From NCBI GenBank assembly GCA_002245135.1, contig NGBS01000310.1, forward strand, positions 62,001 through 122,875: a stretch of 60,875 nucleotides of DNA, read 5' to 3'. Shown piece by piece: positions 27,617-41,316 of this stretch. The notes under the pieces are model-generated. The model searched no databases and had not been told where the DNA came from. It was given only the letters and a program-made list of their open reading frames with translations. How positions within the stretch are numbered: the stretch's first letter is position 1; every line of letters begins with the position of its first letter. Source of the stretch: Proteromonas lacertae. Lineage: Eukaryota. The position numbers and the translations under genes are program-made.

Positions 27617-28685
27617 ATGAATTTACCAACAATTAGTACAATTAAATATATATCATATATATGCAGATGTTTCAGAAGATTCAAGGAAGTTTAGGATGAG
27701 GTAAGCTGATGTTACTCATTTTGTAGAGTTGAATGTGAAGAATTTGCTAAAACAGAGTTAATCCATCCTATAGTCAATTTCATGACTAATATAGATGAAC
27801 TACTATTTCTGTTAGAATCAGTAGAGAATAGCATCAATGACTTACAAGCAACATTAAATCTGTTATTTAAAACTCCATATGTAACTTCAGAAAGATTAGT
27901 AGATTGTATTGACGAAGTGGAATCAATATATAGAAGTATTGAATCTTCTTTCTCCTCTATTCATGTAGAATATAAAATTAATAATTAACAACATATATAT
28001 AGTTAAAAATAATGGATTTATTATTTCAATACAGAACAAGAGAACTAACTGTATATCCTTCAGGATTTCAACAGAAAGTGAGATTTAATCACAATTTATA
28101 TATCCAATACAAAATACAGAATGTTTTGAATTATTACGATTTAATAAGATATCAATTGTTAACTAATCTATGGAGATTTGTAATGATAGAAATCTCTCAA
28201 ATCGAAGAAGATAAATCAAAAATTCCACAAATCATTTATGTTATAAAACAAGATATTATAGAAAATTTATCTGTTTCATATTTAAATAATAATAACAGCA
28301 CCTCTCGTTCTAGTGAAGAAGATTTGATAGAAAATACTCCAATTAAGAAAGATCATTATTATTGTATTAAAGATATGATTTATTTCTATTTAACAATGTT
28401 TCGTTTATTGAATATAGAAATATATGATCTGAATGACTTTCCAATTTATGAAAGTAGTAGATCTTTTAGTGTATAAATAATAATAATGAATAATATTATT
28501 ATTGTATATTTATATAGGAAATTTCTAAAATGTTTATAAGATTTACAAAACGTAATGTTAAAAAAGAAAGAGAAATTCTGTTAGAATTAGCAATGAAATA
28601 TAGAAAGATTACTATTAATAGTGTAATTGGATTTGTAATTTTAATATTCGTTGTTGGAGCATTACTTGTTGTTTTGTTAATGTAA
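27617..28685 (+). CDS. Hypothetical tail-anchored helical protein
   Basis: Five exons joined by GT-AG introns; ends in the transmembrane segment VIGFVILIFVVGALLVVLLM*. Confidence 0.55.
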
Positions 28686-28786
28686 TGATTTATCTTATTA
28701 TTTTTTTAAGTTTATTAATTAAATATTTATTATTTTTCTCACACAATCACAAAAATAATCAAACCAAATCAAAAGCATTTAATAAT

Positions 28787-29620
28787 TTATAATTTAATAT
28801 CAGGAATTGGAATATCTTTATATTCTTTTCCAAATTCATCTTCATATATGAGATGTTCTGGCGAATATCTTTTAGATATATAATGATGAGCTCCTTCAGC
28901 TGCATAGCCTACTCCAATTATTAACTGTGGAACATATGTCTTTGGCACTTTCAATACTTCACATACTTTTGCTTCATCATATCCTCCCATTGGAAGTGTT
29001 GCTAAACCATTACCTGTACATAACAACATAAAGTGATCAGCTATTAAACCAATATTTTGATTAGCCCAAGACTATATAGACTATATAATATTATATATAC
29101 AATTGCTGGATTTATATATTTACCACATTTACATGGTTCATCTGCACATTCTGGTGGAAATCTCATATCACAGTATTTGAAAGTGATTTGAGTTTGTTCA
29201 GCTGATTTTCCTGACTCTTCTGATAGTTTCTTAAATGCATCAAAGTTCTGACTTGGTTCTATTCAACCACAATATAAAAATAAGCATACTACAATCACCA
29301 CAAAATACTACAGCAGCTTGAATATTCTTTGTTGCTTCCAAATTAAAGTCTCTATAACAATCATGTAATTTTTCTAACATCTTCTTCTCTTTTACTACAA
29401 CTAAACGAAAGGGAGCCATGTTCAAAGAAGAAGGAGCTCTCTATTATATCTCATATTAACATTAATTATACTAAAGTATAACCTAATATTCTTTCCAATA
29501 AACCATTGGGAAGAGGTTTATCAAGGAATTTTCTACAACTAAATCTCTCACTCACTATCTTTTCAGCAACTTCAGCAGTTTTCTATAATAAAATAGTTAT
29601 TTTATATATACACAACTCAT
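28787..29620 (-). CDS. Nitroreductase family protein
   Basis: ERFSCRKFLDKP, RAPSSLNMAPFRLVVV, GLATLPMGGYDE, IIGVGY. Confidence 0.88.
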
Positions 29621-29685
29621 TTGAAGATATTCTATAAAATACACAAAATACAAGCTGTTTTTGTATTAATCGTTTAAATTTTGAA

Positions 29686-30860
29686 ATGTCAAATATAAAC
29701 CCACCAGATTTCAATCAAGGTATTAAATTATATTAGTAATATTCTATATAGCTGTGGTGCTTGATAATGGCTCAGGATACATAAAAGGAGGCTTTTCAGG
29801 TGATGATGCTCCTCGTTCGGTGTTTTCATCAGTGGTTGGTATTCCAAAGCATGAAGCTGCTATGATGGGAATGGATGCAAAATGTCATTTCATTGGAGAG
29901 GAAGCTGAAGGTAAAAAAGGCATATTAGTCTTAAAAAATCCCATTGAACATGGTATTATAACAAACTGGGATGATATGGAAAAACTATGGCATCATGCAT
30001 TCTATAATGCACTTCATGTTGTTCCAGAAGAACATCCAATATTACTAACAGAACCACCATTAAATCCAAAGCAAAATAGAGAAAAAATGACACAAATAAT
30101 GTTTGAAACATTCAACGTTCCTGCAATGTATTGTCAAATTCAAGCTGTTTTGGCTTTATATGGATCTGGCCGTACAACCGGTTGTGTATTAGATAGTGGA
30201 GATGGTGTAACACATACAGTACCAATATATGAAGGTTATTGTTTACCATTTTCAGTGAAAAGATTAGATTTAGCTGGAAGTGATTTAACAGACAATTTAC
30301 TAGAGATTCTTCATGAAAGAGGATATAGTTTAAGTACAAGTAATGAGAAAGAAACAGTTAAAGATATGAAAGAGAAAGTATGTTATGTAGCTGAAGATTT
30401 TGACAAAGAAATGAAAATATCTAAAGAATCAAACTCATTAGAGAAAGTATATGAATTACCAGATAATACAACCCTTACATTAGGTTCAGAAAGATTCCGT
30501 TGTAGTGAACCATTATTCCAACCATCCCTTCTACAGAGAGATATACCAGGAATTCACGATTGTACTTTTAATACTATTTCCAGCTGTGATAATGATATTA
30601 GAAAGGATTTGTATGGTTCTATTGTATTGTGTGGTGGTAGTACTATGTTTGTTGGTATTGATAAGAGAATGACTAAAGAATTGTCAGCTCTTGCTCCTCC
30701 CAGTATGAAAGTGAAAGTAATATCATCTCCTGAAAGAAAATATGCCACTTGGATTGGTGGTTCAATATTATCTGCTTTATCCTCGTTTCAAAATATGTGG
30801 ATTACAAAGAAAGAATATGATGATGCAGGTCCTAGTATTGTTCATAGAAAATGTTTTTAA
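29686..30860 (+). CDS. Divergent actin
   Basis: [55 protein letters not shown]; one intron. Confidence 0.95.
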
Positions 30861-30971
30861 TTTTTAACATTATTATTTATATTCTTATAATTTTGCTTAT
30901 ATTATGGAAGATTTTGCATAATAGAAATGCAAATATTTTGGCTTGATTGATTGATTCAATTTTTGCTTTTT

Positions 30972-32242
30972 ATGCCTGGTGTGTTGGAGAATATTCGAAA
31001 AATCGATGCTTTTCCAAAAGTAGTGGATGAGTTTAGAAGAAAGACTTGGTCTGGTGGTATTGTTACAATCTGTTCCATATTTTTAATTGGGTTTTTAATA
31101 TTTAATGAACTTTGCTCATTTATAAAGGGAGTATATCATTAACTAATTGTAAATTGTAGGATGTAGATGAATATATAGGTGTAGATACTGATCAAAATAA
31201 ACCAATAGCAGTTAGATTTGATATTGAATTTCATAAGTATTATATTTGCATTAATTATTCATCAATAGATTGCCTTGTGTACTTTTGACAGTCAGTTATG
31301 AAGATAGTTTAGGACATTCAAAAACAGACATAAAAAATAACATCTACAAAATCCGTCTAGCATCTGATGGAAAAGTAATAGGTAAATCATCTTCAGCTGA
31401 AGTAAGTAAAGTTTTAAGAAGTTCAGAATTAGATGAAAAGAATGAAACATTAACAGAAGTAGATAGAAGAAAATGTGGTAGTTGTTATGGTGCAGCAAGG
31501 AAAGAAACATGTTGTCAGACTTGTGATGATGTAAGAGATGCATATATTAAAAAAGGATGGGCATTTGAACCATCTCCAAGATTTGAACAAGTATTTATTA
31601 TTATTTATTGTTTTATTGTTATTTAGTGTGCTGGTGTTTATTTTAAGAAAGAATTTGAAAGTGAAAGATATGAAGGATGCAGAGTAAGAGGATATATTGA
31701 AGTTGCTAAAGTAGTTGGACAGATAGATTTTGCTCCAGATAAAGCGCTAGAATATAATTTTCCTAATAAAACTGAATTATTAGAATTTACTAGTTATGAA
31801 TGGAATGCTACTCATACAATTCATAAATTATATTTTGGACCAAAAATTCCTGTATATTTGTTTTAATACATTAACATAGAATTATGATGGTGCATTATTA
31901 CATACTTATAAATCTAGAAATGAGCCAGGTTTATATCACTATTATACTAAAGTAGTACCTACAGTGTATATTCCTAAAAGTGGTCCAACTATAAACAGTA
32001 ATCAATATGCAGTAAATAGCCTATTTCACCCTTTAAATAAACATTCAAGTGATTTACCTGGTATATCAATACATTATGATATTTCACCTATTGTAATGAA
32101 GATAACAGAAAGTGGATATTCTATTTCACACTTTATAACATCTGTTTTTGCAATTATTGGAGGAATGGTCTCAATCATGAATTTTGTTGATATATTTGTG
32201 TATAATTTTGTACAAGCATTCCAGAAACAAGCTATAATTTAA
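30972..32242 (+). CDS. ERV46: ER-Golgi intermediate compartment protein ERGIC3/Erv46
   Basis: DAFPK, CGSCYGA, CCQTCDDVRDAY, EGCRV, LPGISIHYDISPI, AIIGG. Confidence 0.9.
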
Positions 32243-32512
32243 ATTATATATTCTTTTTTCCAGTTGTTGTGTTTATACCAATAATTAAATAATATCTCTC
32301 AATATATACTCAACTATAACACCAATCAATGTTAATACTTTTTTTTTATTATAGGCATATGATTAGAAGGAAAAAAATCTGATTCATTCCACATAATAAA
32401 CAAATTAAAATATCAATATATTTTAGTATAATGTAATAAGTAATATATAATATATAATTAGGAATAAATTTTATATGCTTTTATTAAGTAAACATTAAAT
32501 AAACATTATACT

Positions 32513-33913
32513 TTATAAAGCTGTAGTATTATCTATTCTTGTTATTGCTCTTATTAGACAAGGACCAAATTTACGAGTAATGTAATAATCGACACTTATA
32601 TAATAATTTTTATCATCTGGAGTTTTTTGAATTTTCATTTTTATATATATATAATCTTGTCCTAAATAAATATCATAATCATTTATGTAACTTTGATTTG
32701 GTTCTACAACATCATTCTCACGTCTTACTTCTGTATGCAATACATAAAAATTTGTATTTCCTTTTATTGCTACTTTCACAGAATATTTATTTGTTATTAA
32801 TTTGATTGGTTCTTTTAATATGAATGTATAATAACCTCTTTGATAATGATAACCTTTATCAAGGATTATTGATTCATTATTTTGTTCGAATATTAATTGA
32901 TAATAAGTAAATTCTCCAACATAATATTTTACTGCTATTAAATATTCATTATTAATATATGTTGTATTAAATACATTCTTTGTACTTCCTTCTAATTCTG
33001 GTATTTCTATTCCATATTCTTCGGTTATATTATATTTTTCAAAAAATCTCCATTCAAGGATATTAATGGAAGGATTATCATAAGCATAAGTCTTGATTGA
33101 CTTATCTATAAATAAAGATTTATCAATATTTCCAAATGAAAAAAAGTAGAGCATATAATTATCATATGATATCCACAAATATGTAACATTTTTTATTCCA
33201 AATACTTTCATCAAAAAAGCACCGTCTCTAAAGGGATTTTTAATAAAATTTGATTTACTGTAATTATCATTCCAACCAATTATTATACAATTAACTGGAT
33301 TAGACAAACGCCTAGCATTACTGTAACAATTTTGTTTTTCATAATCTATATCTTCTTCTTTTATTTCTACTTGTCACAACACTTCACCATATTCTTTCAC
33401 TAAAAATTTGGCATATGAAACACCAGCCCTATTATAGATTATTGTATTTGCATGATAAGGTTTGGTTATATTTGAAGATACTTTAACTGTGAAATTTTCA
33501 CTATTTACGATGTTTATATCTTCAATCTCATCAGTAATTACAGGACCAGAACCATCTAAAAAATAAGATATTAAGTCTGTAGGTGTCATTTTCTGTGTGT
33601 GATTGTTAAATGAAGTAATATTATAATATTGAAGTATATGAAACTTTGAAAAATTAACATCATTATTACTTTTTATCTTTCCTTGCTTTAGTAAAGCTAA
33701 TTTAAACGAACATAAAAACACTTCTATCATAAACAGAAAATAATTTGTAAATGAAGATCCATTTGCATAACTAGATGTAAATGATATTTCATTTATAAAT
33801 GAAGGTTTATAAATGGTTTCATTTGGTGTAATTCTTAAAATTGTTTGATCATATACTTCATCCATGTCATAATCATCATAAGGGGAAGTTCTTCTATCTG
33901 GAGTAGAACCCAT
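32513..33913 (-). pseudogene. Intronless papain-like (C1A) + lectin-like domain protein of prokaryotic type; catalytically degenerate; one in-frame TGA at 33374-33376
   Basis: IIIGWNDNYSKSNF...DGAFLMK...YLWISYD, LIAVKYY, GYYTFILKEPIKL, NQSYI, CLIRAIT; both ORFs are in the same frame with no other stop between them. Confidence 0.65.
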
Positions 33914-34079
33914 TATTTAAAACAAGACTTTTTAATTAACTGGTTTATGTAAATTTTCGATACACCAAATAATTAAAAGAAGAATATCTTGTGGAGTCAA
34001 ATACATAAATGGATTTTATGGATTAAATGTAAAAACATCAAATGATAATATAAATAAAATATATTTAAATTAATAAAAT

Positions 34080-35926
34080 TCATGATTCACATCTAGTTTG
34101 AGAATTTCTTTTGTTTCCTGTATTATTATTCTTAATAGGAGTTAAGGTTGATTGACATTTATTTCTCATTTTAGCATTTTCCAATATTTCTGTCATAGAT
34201 AATCTTCTTGAAGATCCTGTTTGTGATTGCTTACTTAAACTTTGTCTATTTGTATTATTAGATTTAGATTTACTATTTTTCAATGCTATTAATTATATAT
34301 TATTAAATCAATAATACTTTTAACAATGTTCTGATATTTTGGATCTTCCCAAGGATCAATTACTTTTTCTTTTTTACTATCTTCTTGAAGTAATTTCAAT
34401 TGATCATCTACAGATCTTTCAATTTCATTATAATTATTATTCTCTTGTTGTTGTTGTTGTTGTTTCTTTAATCTTTTTTCTTCAATTTGTTTATGAGTTC
34501 TTGGAGTTATTTCTGGTATTACATATCTATTCTTCATATTATCACCAATTGAACCATCAACTGGATTGTACAATGATGCATCTAATATAAATATAAATAT
34601 TTATATAATATACTTGCATTGGCACATTGTCCTGCATCTTTCATATTATCAGTTAAAGTAAATCTTTTTGAAACACCAAATGTACCAAATGGACGTGGAG
34701 GAGTTGAATTAAACTGTGATTTAGGAGAAAATGTTTGTGGACCTGAATAATGACCTTTATTGTATATTATTGGATAATTGAATCTTTCATATTCCTCTAC
34801 TTCTGGTGGTCTTTTTAATGTTTTTTTATTGTTATTGTTATTTGTATTTTCTTCATTAGTTGGTGATGATGATGATGATGTGGAACTGGTTACAAACGGA
34901 TGAGATTCTGGAATTTTTGAATTTTGAGTACTTTCCTATATACAATTATATAATAATTACAATAATATATACAGAAAATGGATGTTTTGGTTTCATATTA
35001 TTACTTATACTATTATCTACAGGATCATACATTATTGCATCTAATAATAATAATAATAAATATATACTAACATCTTTCAATTGTCCTGCTTTTTTCATAT
35101 TATCAGTTAAAGTAAATCTTTTTGAAACACCAAATGTACCATATGGTTTAGGTGGAGGAATCTCATCAAATTTTGATTTTGGTGGATATGTTTGTGGTCC
35201 AGAATAATGTCCTTTATTGTATATTTCTGGGTAATAAAATCTGTCACTATCTTCAATAAAATCTGGTTTCTTTGGAACTTTCTAGAAAATAATAAAATAT
35301 TAATAATTATTCTTTAATTATATATATACAATTGGACTTGATGTTGATCTTTCCATTGATAGGCTATTTCTTCGTGTTGATGACTTTCCATTTGTATTAA
35401 CTGAATTTGGTCTATTGCTTTGCTTTGAATTTAAATTACTTCTAGAAGGCGAAGAATCTTCCATTTTCTTGTATTTTGGTTTTGCTGAAGTTGAAACAGA
35501 ATAGTTCTCTGGTGCATATAATGCTGCTTCTATTCATCTATTAATTAACTGATAATACCTGATGTATGTGTTAATTTACCTGCATATTTCACATTTTCAG
35601 TTAATGTGAACTTTTTAGAGTATCCAAATGTACCTGCTGCTGATATTGGTCTTTTTAAAATCTATTTGAGTATGTATTATTTATTGTAATACTTCTTGAT
35701 GATAATCATCTAAGTTTGATTGTTTAGACCTTGAAAAAGTAGTTTTCGATGTAGGAGATATAGTTTCACATGATTTAGACATTCTTAATTCATCTGGAGT
35801 GGCATATGGATCATAAGTTCCTGGTCCCTAAACAATAATATGCTCAATCTATACTGGATGAACATCATATGTGATTCTTTCTCTGAATGAGTAAGAAAAA
35901 TCCTGCAACGGCCCTAAATCCTCCAT
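34080..35926 (-). CDS. PGP/SHIPPO-repeat-like (ODF3/STPG-type) protein with internal repeats
   Basis: FSYSFRER...HPGPGTYDP; repeated YSGPQT and GTFGVSKRFTLTDNMK units; many short introns. Confidence 0.55.
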
Positions 35927-36008
35927 TTTATATTTTTCTTACTGAATAAACGAATCTATTTTTAAAAATAAAAAATAACGTTTTTCTCTTTATTTATTGA
36001 TAGAGAAG

Positions 36009-36782
36009 ATGTTTTTTATAATAAAATATGGAATTGGTATATTTAAAATGATAATAGTCAATAGAAAAGGAAGCTATGTTCAATATTGAAACTAGAGCAA
36101 ATGTTCTACTAGATGCTATGCGAGACTTTTGTATTACACAAATATTAGTATAAAATGCATATTTAATTTGCTAGGCTGATTTAAAAGCTGAAAAAAAGAA
36201 ACTAGAAACTGAATTAAAGGATCTTCAACAAAAGATTGTAGTATGGAAACCACCAGAAGAGCCTCGTATATAAAAGATCGTTTATTGAATGAATAGCTGA
36301 GGAAACACCTCCACCTAATGCAAAAGGAGCTAAAAGATCAAAGACTCCCAGTAAAGGCAAATTACCACCTGTAGATGCAGAATTGCAATTAATGAAACGT
36401 ATAGAATAATATATTAATCAAACTCAATAGAAACTGAAGAATTAGTTCAAAATCGAATAACTGCAGTAGATGAATTAGTAGTAAAATATACAGAAGAAGA
36501 ACCACCCAATACACATTACGATTTAGCTGATTTAAAAGGAGGAAAACCAATAGGTTTATTTGAAAAAGGAAATGATTATTCATCTTGTCTATTACATCCA
36601 AGGGAAGTATATAATTTCATGAGAATCAGTATAGTTAATAATATTAATATATTGTATATATAGCTCCAGCTGAAGGTAAAGCTCCACCCGCTATCTTACC
36701 AATGACTTATGATTTACCATCTACTGATCCAAATGCACCGCCTGATAAGAAGAAGGGTAATAAATCAGTGAAAAAGAAGTAA
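36009..36782 (+). CDS. Small protein resembling the CXorf65/C22orf15 family
   Basis: Spliced N-terminus MFFIIKYGIEKEAMFNIETRANVLLDAMRDF; basic C-terminal tail; family match is from memory only. Confidence 0.5.
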
Positions 36783-36904
36783 ATAAAATAATACCAAAAT
36801 AATAACTTTTATTTATTTTTATTGTGAATTGTTGATTAATGGTGATATAAATACATTATACCAACAACAGAAAAGATAGATAATAGAATAATACATTTTT
36901 ATAA

Positions 36905-38816
36905 TTAATTCTGATTGTATAATCTTCTATTTTTGAATATAATATAACTTCCATATTTTATATTCTTCTCTGACAGTTTAGGTATATAATACGATCTATA
37001 GGGCGATCTAGAATGATCTAAATCAATAAACTTATCCACAAATATAGCCTTCCAATTACTATCTTCCCTTAAATCAGGTTCTTTTTGTTTTATCAAGTTT
37101 AATTCAACGAAATAATGACAATTATTAATGTCAATATATCTAGTCATTTCTTCTTGATTTTGATCATTCATATGTGTTGGAATGATATAAGTTCCATTAG
37201 AAGTTCTTTCATATTGTTTTGGTAATAATCCATGGAAATTGGCTCTTACAAATGTGACATTTATATTGTCATGAGGAATAAAATAATGAGCTGGAAATCT
37301 ATGCCATTCTTTACCTAAACATACATTTGTGTCTTCTTTAACTATTAAAACAATATTATTGATAAAATATACCATTCATTAATTCATTGGATAAGAATGT
37401 ATAAGCTCTAATTGGTGCTCTAAAGTATTGGAATATTGCTACAACTCTTAATACAGAGAATAAAGCGATTGAAAATATCAAACTCATAATAAAGGAATTA
37501 TAATATTTAATAAAAAACTCAGTCTTTGCATTTTTACCAAATCTTTCAACAAATGCTTTCATTTTAACAATTGCAATTGCTGCACCTTCAATAAAGAGAG
37601 GATAAACAATATATAAAAATCTTTCTTCCTATTACATTAATATAAATATATACAATAATGAAACAAATATTATACTTTATGTGGTCTAGTAAACATAATC
37701 AATAACCATAAATATAACGGACAATAATACAACATCATTTTAAACAAACTTACATAGGGAGATGTTTGAATCATAAATAAAGGTGGAACAATCATACCAA
37801 GTATAAAGATTATATTCAAATTAATTAAACAATTATTAATATAATATGAAAATGGTTCAATTCCATACAGATTTGGACCTCCACTTCCAAATACATTATA
37901 TATAATAATATTAATTACAGCGATGAATAGTTTATGATAATAATAGTAATCTATTATTAATGAGTAACTGAACAGACCAACTGCAAGTATAATAGCCCAT
38001 TGTAATACTTTGAAAAAACCTTTAACATACAAAGCTTAAAAATAACATTAAAGAAAACATATAATTATTATAAAGTAAAAATGATATATGTAAACCAATT
38101 GGAATAAAAACAACACCAACAAAAGGCCATCCAATACAAACAGCTGTAGCACCATAAAATAGACTCCAAAAGAAATTATCTTTATACCAATTACCATATG
38201 ATAAACATAACATATACATAGCAAATGTTGATGGTAAATAAGCTGTGGAAGCAGTGAACATACCACTTGATATAATAAGAAATAGTAAAGTATAAAACCC
38301 TACTGATTTACCAAATCTATATTTTATTCCACTAATGAATGTCAATTCAGAAATTGTTGAGAATAAGGCTAATGCAATTCTAATTCCATAAAATACATAG
38401 ATTTTGTTGGATGTAAAGAATTTTATTATTTCACCAACAAATATATGTGGAAGCAAGTAACTATATGAACGAAGTGCATACACAGGACTAATTATTATAT
38501 AAACAGGATTCATATACCTATATTCCCATGTCTGAAATCCAAATCCATACATCAAGTAATGGGAAGGTTCCCAGAAATTGAAGGTCTCATCACAATCGTT
38601 GATAATGTTATATATTGCACTACACATTCTAACATACCATAATTAAGAATATAATAAATTATTGATGATAAAAAATGATATAATTAATAGCAGACATGAA
38701 AGAAATGTGAATGGATACCAAGGTTCATGCAATTTCATTTCAGATTTATCACCTTTATTTTCTTGATTCCTTGTATATTCCTTTTCAACCTTATTTTGTC
38801 TCTTTTGTGGGTTCAT
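36905..38816 (-). CDS. ALG9: Alpha-1,2-mannosyltransferase
   Basis: DCDETFNFWEP, FQTWEYSPVYALRSY, YLPSTF, GWPF, PHKEERFL, VCLGKEWHRFP, MNDQNQEE. Confidence 0.95.
38036..38087 (-). other. U12-like AT-AA intron in ALG9 (52 nt, phase 0)
   Basis: CAT|ATATCATTT...TTTCTTTAAT-GTTATTTTTAA|GCT; joins ORFs 38022-38627 and 37670-38032 in frame (IGLH-ALYVKGFF). Confidence 0.75.
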
Positions 38817-38931
38817 TTATGAAATAATCACAAAATTCTTACTAATAAGCTTGATCAAAGCTCGAAAATATTTAATTTCTATTTTTCTCATTCATTTGAT
38901 GATATCAACACAAAAATAAAACATATTTACA

Positions 38932-41227
38932 TTAATAAATAAGCAAATAAAATAATAACGCATAAAACACACTTATACAGAAGTTGATGAAGAAAGATTG
39001 GGATTTATTTGGCTTTAAACAAGGATTTCCATTTCCATTATAATTTACACACTTGAAAACATATGTCATACTATTCTCTTTTACTTTTATTTGACTATTA
39101 TATCCATCACTATAATAACAACCATAACATCCAGGTATGTTATTACACAAAATATAATTTGTATTTTCACTACAATTACCAGTATAATTATAATGAAATA
39201 TATGAATCTGGCTTTCATACACTTCATATATAACTGATTTAAATGTGATATTAAACCATTCCATATTATTCATATTATTAATTGAGTATTTATAACTTTC
39301 ATTAATTGTTATTTCAAGCCTAAACTTCATTATCTCATCTGGTTTAAAAACAGTATATGAATTATCAACTGGAATATAGCTTGTATGCCATTTGTAGGAT
39401 AAAGCTAGATTCTGTTTATATGGAGATAGTGTATAAGCAGTAAATGGAATAACAGATTTGTTACTATTATTAATTACATCAAAATAATTTGTTAGAGTTC
39501 TTTTTGTTATTTTTTCTATATTTATATAATGATGATATTCGTTTTCTATAAATTCAATCTCACAGTATGAATAATTCATAAAATCACAAATACCACAATT
39601 GTTAATATATAAATCCTTATCACATGTTCCTCTACAATCTATTCCATAATCTAATGGTATTCCACTTATATTCACACAATAACCACATTGGTTTTCTATT
39701 CCATACCCATTACAAGTTCCATTACAATCCATTGTTGAGTTTTTACCTGTTAAACCTCCTACACATTCATCACATTCAACATATGCATTTCCATTACAAG
39801 TATTATTACAATCAAATAAACAACAAATTAATTCATCTTTTGATTCAGTTGTAGTAGTAGAATTTGCATTCACTATTTCAGCTGTTCCATTACATTTACC
39901 AAAACAATCTAAAGAGTTAATATTACAACAAATTTTATCAATTTTTATTTCATCATCATCATCACATAATTTATCACAGGCTTTATTATATAGTACATTA
40001 TCACAACTTGAACCAAAATCATAACATTGATTATTCCCTTTGCAATAACCACAATTATCACATTCACCTTCTAATCCATTACATAAATTAGTATTCTTCA
40101 AATTATCTTGGTCAAATGTATAATAAAATTGAAGTTGCTGTAATTTAATTCTTTCAGATTGAATATTTAAATCATAATAATATAAATTTAGGATTATTCT
40201 AGAATCTTTATCAGTAATATTTTTCACTGATGGAATTAAACAGTTCAATGTGGTGTTAGAAGTTACATTACATTTACCTTCATAATTAGTATGATTATAT
40301 TCAAAATCAAAACTAAATTTCATTTTTAAACATACAATTCTATCAGCAGATAATGTAATATTACTTCCACTTGAATAATTGATATAAAATGGAGTTAAAC
40401 AAAATGATCTTGGTATTGGATAATATTCTAGTGTTATATCATCATTAAACATTCCACGAGATGGGTAATAACCATTTATTGTATTATCACCCCAGTCTTT
40501 ACCATCTATTAATATATATATTATATCATATAATAAACATACAATTTGAAATTTTGTTTGGAATGAATGATAAATATGTAGTTTTTGGTACAATTAATCC
40601 ACCTACAAATACTTTGTATTTATTATCATCTTTTAAATAGTCTGGTAAGTTATTATCAATTAATTTTAATTGATGGATTGTATATATTTTGTAATAATGA
40701 ATTTTAATTTTACCTGTTTCATATAATTTTATAGAAAAGCTATATCGAAATGAAGATTTGATATTCAATAACCCCATATTATGGTATAACACTTCTATAT
40801 TATCTCTTGATAATTTGTAATATATAAATGTATCATTGTATTGAAAAGGAACGAAATTTGTTAAAAGTGGGGTTATTATTCCATTATAAGCATCCAATGG
40901 GTTAACATAATAGTAACATTCTCCATGAATTAATGAATAACCACAGGGAGGTTCAGGTTTGAAATGTAAAGCACCATTGGGATTTATAAACACATAATTA
41001 TAGATTTCTTCATAGAATGGGAAATGAAACTATTTAGATTAAATATACTAGTATACAGGTAGTTTTACAGTTTCAAAGGGTACATCATCCACATATGATG
41101 TAAATGATTTAACATATTCATCATCAATATTCACATGTAGTTTTTCTTGAGTTGCTTCAATCACATATTGATTACCTAATACAAAACCAGCGAAAAACAC
41201 AAAATAGAAAAAATAAAGTCGTTTCAT
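38932..41227 (-). CDS. Cys-rich cell-surface protein
   Basis: Signal peptide; FINPNGALHF...FSIKLYETGKIKIHY domain; DCxGxCxG repeats; hydrophobic C-terminus. Confidence 0.75.
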
Positions 41228-41316
41228 TATTTAATTCTTCTCTTTTTCTTTTTCTTGATTAATAAACACAATTTTATCATAATAACAGTTTAAATATATT
41301 ATTAACTATTACTGAA

